Assembly: GCA_964458565.1 (NCBI GenBank)
Contig: CAYWJO010000010.1
Coordinates: 1 to 64,000 of the forward strand
Source: an uncultured archaeon
GTDB taxonomy: Archaea > Asgardarchaeota > Thorarchaeia > Thorarchaeales > Thorarchaeaceae
Direction: 5' to 3'
DNA length: 64,000 bases
Part shown: piece by piece, positions 56,567-64,000 of the stretch
How positions within the stretch are numbered: the first letter of the stretch is position 1
Layout: every line of letters starts with the position of its first letter
The notes under the pieces: model-generated
The model's database searches: none
What the model was told of the DNA's origin: nothing
Seen by the model: the letters and a program-made list of their open reading frames with translations, nothing else
Made by a program: the position numbers and the translations under genes

Positions 56567-57160
56567 ATGCGGGATAAAAGAATGACATCATATACTAGAA
56601 TTCAAACAAAAATATCAAAAACAAAGTTTCCAGAAATTTGTCCAGTATGCCTTCAGGAAGTAGAAGACATAGTTTCTGTAACAATTCAAGATGAAAAATG
56701 GAGTGGATCACATATCTATGGCTTTTGGGGAAGAGCTCCAGCAGGAGGTTTAGCCATTCCTGTACAAGAAGGGAAAGCTGTAACATTCTGGATACCAACA
56801 TGTCTGCTTCATGGTAGTGACACTGTCAGAACGAGTAAGACGCGATTGGTGACTGTGATTGCTTTTTTTCTATTGTTCTATCCTTTATTGTACATGGCAC
56901 TACAAATCAATGTGGAATTGTCCTACGGCAGGTCAATTAATGATGAAATCACGTGGTTAATCATCCTCGTAAGTGGTCTAATCATCTCCATTCTGTATGG
57001 ATATTTTCCAAGAGCCCTTGAAAGAGCAGTATCATTTGAGAATGTCGATCTTGTCAGGGATGTAGTTGTACTTAGATTTAGCAATCACGAATATGCCAAA
57101 CTTTTTCTTCAATTGAATGAAATGTATACATCTGACTTAGATAATGTCGAGAAACGCTGA
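56567..57160 (+). CDS. membrane protein with putative zinc site
   Basis: CPVC...CLLH, two TM helices. Confidence 0.65.
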   Translation: MRDKRMTSYTRIQTKISKTKFPEICPVCLQEVEDIVSVTIQDEKWSGSHIYGFWGRAPAGGLAIPVQEGKAVTFWIPTCLLHGSDTVRTSKTRLVTVIAFFLLFYPLLYMALQINVELSYGRSINDEITWLIILVSGLIISILYGYFPRALERAVSFENVDLVRDVVVLRFSNHEYAKLFLQLNEMYTSDLDNVEKR

Positions 57161-57249
57161 TGAGAATCGATATGCTTGATTCATAAAGTATTAAGTGATA
57201 TTAAGAAACTTAATTTTACGACTCAAAACTCAAGGCAGGTTTAACCGGA

Positions 57250-58458
57250 TTGAAGAAAATTGCGAGTGTCTTCATAGGACTTATGTTCATCATTATCTTG
57301 ATTCCTTCAAATAATGTCGCAGCTCAAAGTACTCAAGATATTTTTCCTGTTCAACCTCAATCCGTGTATACAGATAGCGAACCTATTGTAATCTCCAATA
57401 ATTTGGATTTCGTCACTCAAAATTGGACTGGTAGTGGAACCCAAGTAGATCCCTATACAATTTCAGGACTGAACATCTCAAATACCCAATTTTGCATAAC
57501 TGTTTCAGATACAACTGATTGGTTTGTAATCCGAGATTGCTATCTTAAGTCGAATAGCAGTTCTGGAGCCACGGTCTATCTAAACAATGTCACACATGGC
57601 AGAATTCAAGATTCATTCGTTGGAGGAGAAATGACTGGGTTCTACCTTTACAACACGGACACATGCTTCCTTCGCAGGAATAGCGTTCGTGGGTTAATGG
57701 TGGGTGTACTCCTCCAGAGTGCAATTAGATGCAATGTCAGAGAGAGTCTTGTTTATCGTTGCGAAGTAGGTATTAGACTTGATAATTCATTCGAGTGCAA
57801 CATTATTGAAAACAGAGTTTATGCTAATTCAGAAACAGGAATTGTTGCAACAAGATTCACTAGGGAAAACGTGTTCTATGAAAATTATATTGGCTTTAAT
57901 GCCGTAAAGTATGTTCAAGGTCAGTATGTGGAGGGGAATGCGATCGACCAAGGTATTCTGAATGCGTGGGATGATGGTAGTGGGAGAGGAAATAATTGGT
58001 CAGATTATGTTACTAATCAGACATATCAAATACCTGGTTTAACCGAGTCTTTGGATCAATATCCCTCATTGCTGGATGTAAGAAAAAATCCCTCTTTGTC
58101 AGGCACCTCAAATCTTGTTTTTATTACAGGCTCAATCGGGCATCTTGTCCAATGGAATGCTTCAGATTTTCTACCGGTATCCTATCAGATGTACCTCAAT
58201 AATCGGTTGATCAAACAGGGGTGGTGGGAGAACTCACAGTATACATTCAATGCAAGTTTGCTAATCACAGGGGTATACAACCTAACACTAGCAATATACA
58301 ATGGCGCAGGAAATGTTTCACGAGATCAGGTCTTCATCAATGTACTTGAGGATGTCTTTAGTGAGATTGGTACCGAATATGTGGTGTTAGCCTCTGGTCT
58401 TAGCCTGATTCTTGTATTCCTAGCCCTATACGTCATAAAGAGAGCCAAATTCGAATGA
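57250..58458 (+). CDS. cell-surface NosD/parallel beta-helix protein with Ig-like domain and C-terminal TM anchor
   Basis: Signal peptide, GSGT..DPY.I, G(I/F).L.N repeats, GNNWSDY, C-terminal TM helix. Confidence 0.8.
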   Translation: MKKIASVFIGLMFIIILIPSNNVAAQSTQDIFPVQPQSVYTDSEPIVISNNLDFVTQNWTGSGTQVDPYTISGLNISNTQFCITVSDTTDWFVIRDCYLKSNSSSGATVYLNNVTHGRIQDSFVGGEMTGFYLYNTDTCFLRRNSVRGLMVGVLLQSAIRCNVRESLVYRCEVGIRLDNSFECNIIENRVYANSETGIVATRFTRENVFYENYIGFNAVKYVQGQYVEGNAIDQGILNAWDDGSGRGNNWSDYVTNQTYQIPGLTESLDQYPSLLDVRKNPSLSGTSNLVFITGSIGHLVQWNASDFLPVSYQMYLNNRLIKQGWWENSQYTFNASLLITGVYNLTLAIYNGAGNVSRDQVFINVLEDVFSEIGTEYVVLASGLSLILVFLALYVIKRAKFE

Positions 58459-58556
58459 GAGCACAATAACGGATTTCAACCTCTGAATTAGATGTGGGTC
58501 ATGCCATTAAATACATAAGTCATAATCCAAGTGCTTCGCATGTTTCACCACGATAG

Positions 58557-59144
58557 GTGATAGTAACTATGACATTAGATTTCTCAAAGGGAATAACAGA
58601 ATTCCGTTGGCATGGAAGAGGTGGCCAAGGAGTGGTTACGTCTAACCAAATGCTCGGAAAGGCAGCCCTAGAAGAAGGTTTCTACATCCAAGCATTTCCG
58701 GAGTTTGGGCCTGAGCGTACTGGAGCACCAGTACGTGCTTTTCTTAGAATGAGCAAAGAGCCCATCCAGATTTATGCACAGGTCTATCAACCAGATGTTG
58801 TGGTATGTATAGATCCGACACTATTGGATGTTGTCAACCCCGCAGAAGGTCTGAAAAAGGATGGAACGATGGTGCTCAATACACCGAAGAGCCCAAGCGA
58901 TATCCGTAAGAAATTCGGATTTGAAACCGGTAAGGTCGTAACAGTGGATGCCACATCAATTGCACTGGAAGTACTGGGCAGACCCTTCTATAATATGCCC
59001 ACTCTTGCCGCAGCTGTAAAGGCAACTGAAGTTGTTAAGATTGATACCGTGATCAATGAAGTATTGACCAGATATCCCGGAAAGGTTGGAAACCTCAACA
59101 AGGCAGCAATGGAAAGAGCCGTAAAGGAGGCAGTAATTGGATGA
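58557..59144 (+). CDS. porG: pyruvate/2-ketoisovalerate:ferredoxin oxidoreductase gamma subunit
   Basis: EFRWHGRGGQG, AFPEFGPERTGAPV. Confidence 0.92.
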   Translation: MIVTMTLDFSKGITEFRWHGRGGQGVVTSNQMLGKAALEEGFYIQAFPEFGPERTGAPVRAFLRMSKEPIQIYAQVYQPDVVVCIDPTLLDVVNPAEGLKKDGTMVLNTPKSPSDIRKKFGFETGKVVTVDATSIALEVLGRPFYNMPTLAAAVKATEVVKIDTVINEVLTRYPGKVGNLNKAAMERAVKEAVIG

Positions 59145-59437
59145 GCGAAAAATTCGATGAAATCCCAATGGCGGGTAATATTATCAAACCAGGTAATGCT
59201 ACTGATTACAAGACTGGTGGATGGCGTGCACAACGCCCGATACATAATGATGATACTTGTCTTTGGGTCAAGAATGGAACATGTGGTCTTTGTTGGATAT
59301 ATTGTCCAGACAATTCAGTGATACTCAAAGAAGAAAATGGTAAGTACATCTATGAGTACGACTATGATTTTTGTAAGGGGTGCGGCATTTGTGCCAATCA
59401 ATGCCCAACAAACAGTATCAGAATGGAGAGTGAGTAA
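59141..59437 (+). CDS. porD: pyruvate/2-ketoisovalerate:ferredoxin oxidoreductase delta subunit
   Basis: KTGGWR..RP, C...CGLCWIYCPD, YDFCKGCGICANQCP. Confidence 0.92.
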   Translation: MSEKFDEIPMAGNIIKPGNATDYKTGGWRAQRPIHNDDTCLWVKNGTCGLCWIYCPDNSVILKEENGKYIYEYDYDFCKGCGICANQCPTNSIRMESE

Positions 59438-60632
59438 TGTGACAGTATCAAAAGATAAGATTCATGTTGAAGGGCTCACAGGTGATGCTGCTATTGCTCA
59501 CGCATTGAAGCAGTGCGATTTAGATGTACTCGCTGCGTATCCTATTACACCACAGACAATTATCGTGGAAGATTTTCAGAAGTTTGCTGCAAATGGAGAA
59601 GTACAAACAAAGGTCATTCCTGTTGAGTCTGAACACAGTGCCATGTCGGCTTGTATTGGAGCATCTGCAGTAGGAGCTCGCGTAGCAACAGCATCAGCAT
59701 CCGCTGGTCTGGCGCTTATGTGGGAGATTCTTTATTGTGCAGCCTCAATGCGAATGCCAATCGTTTTCACCGTTGCAAATCGTGCACTCTCTGCGCCTAT
59801 CAACATCCATAATGATTGGTCAGACACATATGGAGCCCGTGATAGTGGTTTCATTCAGATTTATTGCCAGAGCGGTCAAGAAGCGTATGACACTACGATA
59901 ATGGCGTTCAGAATTGCGGAGGATCATAAAGTACTCCTTCCAATTATTGTTGCCATTGATGGATTCATTTTGAGCCACAATGTTGAACGGATTGAGATGC
60001 TACCTGATGATGAAGTTCTAAAATTCGTAGGAGTACGAGACCCCTTCATTTCTTTGGATCCAGATAATCCGATAACTATGGGGCCATTAGCTCTAACAGA
60101 TTACTATTTCGAATTCAAAGAACAGCAGGACAGAGCCATGTATGAAGTGCCTGAAGTCTTTGCGAAAGTCGAGAAAGAGTTCGAGAAGCTGACTGGTCGC
60201 AAATACGGAATGTTTGAGGCCTATAGGACAGAAGACGCTGATATAATTCTCTTCACTCATAGCACACCAGGCGGTACAGCGAAAGCAGTTGTTGATGTAC
60301 TGAGAGAGCAGGGAGAAAAAGTCGGTGTTCTACGACTGAGAATGTTTAGACCATTCCCAACCAAGGAGATTGCTGAAGCTCTGAAGAGTGCCAAGGCAGT
60401 GGCTGTGTTTGAAAAGTGCCGTTCATTCGGTGCACCCTCAAATCCGCTTGCTATAGAACTAAGGACCGCACTCTATGATCTGAAAGAGAAACCAATGATT
60501 ACGGACTTTGTTATTGGCCTAGGCGGTCGCGACGTCCCACCAACAACACTCGTTGAGGGTTATGAGAAGACAAAGGAGTACCTGAAGAAAGGAGAATCTC
60601 CACTCTACGAAACACTGGGGGTAAGAAAATAA
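59430..60632 (+). CDS. porA: pyruvate/2-ketoisovalerate:ferredoxin oxidoreductase alpha subunit
   Basis: AYPITPQT, VESEHSA, NRALSAP, RMFRPFP, GLGGRD; start GTG 59430 or 59439. Confidence 0.92.
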   Translation: MSNVTVSKDKIHVEGLTGDAAIAHALKQCDLDVLAAYPITPQTIIVEDFQKFAANGEVQTKVIPVESEHSAMSACIGASAVGARVATASASAGLALMWEILYCAASMRMPIVFTVANRALSAPINIHNDWSDTYGARDSGFIQIYCQSGQEAYDTTIMAFRIAEDHKVLLPIIVAIDGFILSHNVERIEMLPDDEVLKFVGVRDPFISLDPDNPITMGPLALTDYYFEFKEQQDRAMYEVPEVFAKVEKEFEKLTGRKYGMFEAYRTEDADIILFTHSTPGGTAKAVVDVLREQGEKVGVLRLRMFRPFPTKEIAEALKSAKAVAVFEKCRSFGAPSNPLAIELRTALYDLKEKPMITDFVIGLGGRDVPPTTLVEGYEKTKEYLKKGESPLYETLGVRK

Positions 60633-61582
60633 TGGAACCAGCAGCATTCAAACTAACAGAAATGCTTCAGAAACAGAAGATACTCTCATCTGGACATCGC
60701 ATGTGCGCAGGTTGTGCAGCCCCAACAATTGTGAAACTTATGGGAATGGCACTCAGAGGACCTACAATGGTATGTGAAGCCACAGGATGTCTTGAGGTTG
60801 CTACCACAATCTACCCCTACACAGCATGGGAAATCCCATGGATACATGTCGCTTTCGAGAACGCAGCAGCAGTTGCTTCAGGTGTCATCGAAGGCATTGA
60901 AGCCATGAAGATGAAGGGACGCTACAAGCATGACCACGTCGATGTGATTGCTATCGGAGGCGATGGAGCATCATTTGACATTGGACTCGGTGCAATCAGC
61001 GGAATGCTTGAGCGAGGACACGATGTCGTATACATGTGTTATGACAATGGTGCCTATCAGAATACTGGAATCCAGCGCTCAGGTGGTACATTACCGGGCC
61101 AAGAAACAACCACTTCCTGGGCGGGTAAATTAGAGCCTGGAAAGAGAGAGCGAAAGAAGCCATTAGCTGAAATCGCCGCTGCTCACAGGATACCATATGT
61201 AGCAACTGTAGACCCATACCATCATCGAGACTTCATCACTAAGTTCAGAAAGGCACTCGAGGTTGATGGACCTGCATTCATCCATGCATACTCTCCATGT
61301 CCACGTGGATGGAGATCAGACACCTCAAAGAGTATTGAGCTTGCAAAGATGGCTGTTGAATGTGGTATTCACCCACTCTACGAAGTCATCGATGGTGAGG
61401 AATGGATCATGTCAGGCCCCAGTAAACGTCTAAAAGAGTTGATTCCTCTTGAGGAGTACTGGAAGACACAGGGTCAGTTCAAGCACCTCTTCAAGCCAGA
61501 ATGGGAAGAGTTCCGCAAAGGTGTTCAAGAGCAGCTTAACCATGATTGGGAACTTTTGAAGAAGCGTTGTGGTGTTGAATAA
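60632..61582 (+). CDS. porB: pyruvate/2-ketoisovalerate:ferredoxin oxidoreductase beta subunit
   Basis: GHRMCAGC, ATGC, GGDG TPP motif, YDNGAYQNTGIQRS, SPCPRGW. Confidence 0.93.
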   Translation: MEPAAFKLTEMLQKQKILSSGHRMCAGCAAPTIVKLMGMALRGPTMVCEATGCLEVATTIYPYTAWEIPWIHVAFENAAAVASGVIEGIEAMKMKGRYKHDHVDVIAIGGDGASFDIGLGAISGMLERGHDVVYMCYDNGAYQNTGIQRSGGTLPGQETTTSWAGKLEPGKRERKKPLAEIAAAHRIPYVATVDPYHHRDFITKFRKALEVDGPAFIHAYSPCPRGWRSDTSKSIELAKMAVECGIHPLYEVIDGEEWIMSGPSKRLKELIPLEEYWKTQGQFKHLFKPEWEEFRKGVQEQLNHDWELLKKRCGVE

Positions 61583-61594
61583 ATCCACAAACAG

Positions 61595-61631
61595 ACTGAA
61601 GCCAAGGTGCTTCAGTTTTTCTTCTTTTTTT
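61595..61631 (+). terminator. hairpin plus T-tract terminator after the por operon
   Basis: ACTGAAGC-caaggt-GCTTCAGT followed by TTTTCTTCTTTTTTT. Confidence 0.7.
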
Positions 61632-61853
61632 ATAAGAACTGTGTCTTAGTATATCATTTGTCAGACATTCATATCGCATTTTTCTCTCAACAAAATAATT
61701 AAAAAATTGAAGAAACACTACGTTGGCATTCAACGATTTCTTATTCGCTGGAAGTGTAAGTGTTTTCGTCCGTTTTCTTCTTTTATTTACAAGATACACA
61801 TTATCAGCAAGAGTCATATGAAACAATCAAGCACATCACGTGGAGATGCATAT

Positions 61854-63443
61854 ATGATATCAACCCGATTCAGACTACTGATTGTGGTGGTATTCATACT
61901 ATTCTCATTTATTGCTTGTCCCCTTAATATTCAAACTGTGAGTTCTTATCAGGTTACACAGGATTGGGACATTACAACAGAGTTCAATGGCGCTGAGGTG
62001 GTCATCATGAAACAGGATGGCATCTTCGATGGATATAATCTGTTTATGCTTCTGAAAACCAACAGGATCTCACTAGAGCGCTATTTCTATCTAATGATTG
62101 TTGATATGGAAGGTAACATTGTCCTCAACGAACATGTGGGTGATGGAATATTCATCGCTGACTGCCCTGCTGAGTTCATCGACCCAAGCACAATTCTAAC
62201 AGCAACTCCAGATGGTGCAGTTCTCTACAATCTTGTTGATGGAAGCAAGACTCTTCTGAATTTTGAGGGACATCATGAACTTGAGTTCAATCCTAATGAC
62301 AATACCTTCTTTACTTTCCACTACAATCCTGTTGAGATAAATGGAACTGAGTATCTGTATGACCTGATTCAGGAATTTGACCACAATGGAAATCTTGTCT
62401 GGTCCTTTGACACCTCAAACCTAGTTCCCCCGAGTCAATACTGTCCATACGAAGACACACTCATGGAATTACCAGACATTACGCACTCCAACACCATATT
62501 CTATGACCCTGATAAAGACACAATCCTCTATAATGCACGAAACGTAAATACATTCTATCTCATAGACCATTCATCAGGTGATATCATATGGAGTCTAGGG
62601 GAATATGGCGATTTCACACTCATCGATCAATATGGTAATGAAAAGGAAACGCTCTTCTATCATGCACACACAGTCGAACAGGTCGATGAAAATGTCTTCA
62701 TTCTCTTTGATAATGATCTTCACAACAAGACGGATGAATTCAACTTCATATCACGTGTCATGGAGATTACGGTAGACACGGATTCAATGACTGCCCACAC
62801 AAGCTGGGTATATGCTGCTCCACGAGAGTACTACTCATTCATCTTCGGAGATGCAGACCGACTCCCTAATGATAATCGTCTAGGTGTCTTTGGATTTCAT
62901 AATAACGAGCTTCCTTATGGCCCTAGAGTTGTTGAAGTCAATAATGCGGGTGAGAGAGTATGGGAGATGTCACTCCTCAATAATGATGACTTCTTCTATG
63001 GAATCTATCGTATTGAGAGATTTCGTTACTCGCCAACACTCAACTCCCTTGAGGATATTACTACCACTAGTAATCAGAATGTAATATTGGAATGGTCTGC
63101 GTGGTATTACTATAGGCCAAAAAGGAACATTATCGGTAATTACACGTTATATCTAGAGGGGGCTCGTTATTCAACAGGAATGGTGACCTATGACAAGTAT
63201 TGGCGTTCAGTTGACCTCCAATTTGACTTAGGCATGCTCAGTGAAGGTATACATAATGCTACATTGGTTCTTGAAGATGCGGTTGGGAAAAAACTCACCA
63301 GAAATTCGTTATCAATTGTGGTACAAAATACCCAGTTGCCAACATCTTCCCTGGAGATCCTTTTCTTGGGTCTGGGAGTTGCCGGAGTTGTAATAATCAT
63401 TACTTTGTTTCTGCTAACAAGATGGAAATCTATCAAGGATTAG
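61854..63443 (+). CDS. aryl-sulfate sulfotransferase (ASST)-like beta-propeller, membrane anchored
   Basis: Signal/TM N-terminus, HHE, THSNT, HAH, LFDN, RLPNDN, C-terminal TM helix; start moved to ATG 61854. Confidence 0.75.
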   Translation: MISTRFRLLIVVVFILFSFIACPLNIQTVSSYQVTQDWDITTEFNGAEVVIMKQDGIFDGYNLFMLLKTNRISLERYFYLMIVDMEGNIVLNEHVGDGIFIADCPAEFIDPSTILTATPDGAVLYNLVDGSKTLLNFEGHHELEFNPNDNTFFTFHYNPVEINGTEYLYDLIQEFDHNGNLVWSFDTSNLVPPSQYCPYEDTLMELPDITHSNTIFYDPDKDTILYNARNVNTFYLIDHSSGDIIWSLGEYGDFTLIDQYGNEKETLFYHAHTVEQVDENVFILFDNDLHNKTDEFNFISRVMEITVDTDSMTAHTSWVYAAPREYYSFIFGDADRLPNDNRLGVFGFHNNELPYGPRVVEVNNAGERVWEMSLLNNDDFFYGIYRIERFRYSPTLNSLEDITTTSNQNVILEWSAWYYYRPKRNIIGNYTLYLEGARYSTGMVTYDKYWRSVDLQFDLGMLSEGIHNATLVLEDAVGKKLTRNSLSIVVQNTQLPTSSLEILFLGLGVAGVVIIITLFLLTRWKSIKD

Positions 63444-63724
63444 TCTTTCTCCGAAATAGAACCAAAGCTACAACCAATACAAATCCACCAAGATGTATAA
63501 CCAACTCAAACTGAATTGATGCTCATCTCGCTCTACAGTAAAAGTATTCAAGAGCAGCTAAATCACGATTGGCAACTCTTGAGAAAACGCTGTGGACTCG
63601 AATAATTCAAGATAAGAATAATAAATGAACATATGCGTGATATCGGAATTAGTGCAATCAACGCAAATGAATTAGCAATGAAAATATATCACAGCCGATT
63701 TTAAAAGTAGTCCTCTACGCAGAG

Positions 63725-64000
63725 TCATAAAATTGGGAGAAGACTGTGAAGGGCAGAAATCAACCATTCGTACGCTGATTGCCCGAAAAGCATTAGAAGT
63801 ATAAAAGCAGCCCATCCAAAGACTGCATATACGGAAGCAACCCATTTTGAATGTGTCTTAGAGAAGTGCTTTGCTACGTTCTTTAACTCATCTACCCGGT
63901 TCTTATAGTAGAGAATTAAACCATTGTTGGTGATGGATATTATATCATTAGATTCAACAATCAATCCACTTCTCTTGGCAATCTGCAAATGCTTCCAGAT
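63725..64000 (-). CDS. partial hypothetical membrane protein (5' end outside window)
   Basis: Frame open to the window edge; C-terminal hydrophobic helix. Confidence 0.45.
   Translation of the reverse strand: MWKHLQIAKRSGLIVESNDIISITNNGLILYYKNRVDELKNVAKHFSKTHSKWVASVYAVFGWAAFILLMLFGQSAYEWLISALHSLLPIL

Noticed and set aside
63430-63720. Hydrophobic minus-strand reading frame with an in-frame TGA (possible selenocysteine or pseudogene)
   Set aside because: No redox motif or SECIS-like element recognised; too short to support a call

Overview
Chromosomal window from an archaeon, very probably an Asgard archaeon (Thorarchaeota-like). This is inferred from archaeal information-processing genes, TATA/GGAGG-GGTGA signals and several eukaryotic-signature proteins: a Rab-like GTPase, a single-domain gelsolin and a longin/roadblock-like protein. 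About 60 CDSs. I recognised no tRNA, rRNA, CRISPR array, transposase or integrase. Metabolic blocks: B12-dependent acyl-CoA mutase with isobutyryl-CoA-mutase-type residues plus CobO; a lipoate-dependent 2-oxoacid/acetoin dehydrogenase E1a-E1b-E2 with LplA and an AhpD-like protein but no E3; IorAB; PorGDAB; an ACP/FkbH/AcpS cassette; a NitT/TauT ABC transporter. The standout is a 15.6-kb, 15-gene, translationally coupled minus-strand operon (35004-50640). It joins a divergent full-length RadA/Rad51 recombinase, two short Rad51/RadB-like paralogs, an XPD-family Fe-S helicase, a Hel308/HELQ-like helicase with an inserted SWIM zinc finger and a FEN1/XPG nuclease with a PIP box to four membrane proteins, one a membrane-anchored, Walker-A-degenerate HerA/VirB4-like ATPase. 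It is a candidate membrane-coupled DNA uptake/exchange and recombination system. Directly upstream is a fusion of a 7-bladed FG-GAP (BBS2/ITFG2-like) beta-propeller, an Ig-like domain and a Rab-like GTPase. All family assignments come from motif recognition by eye; no database searches were run.
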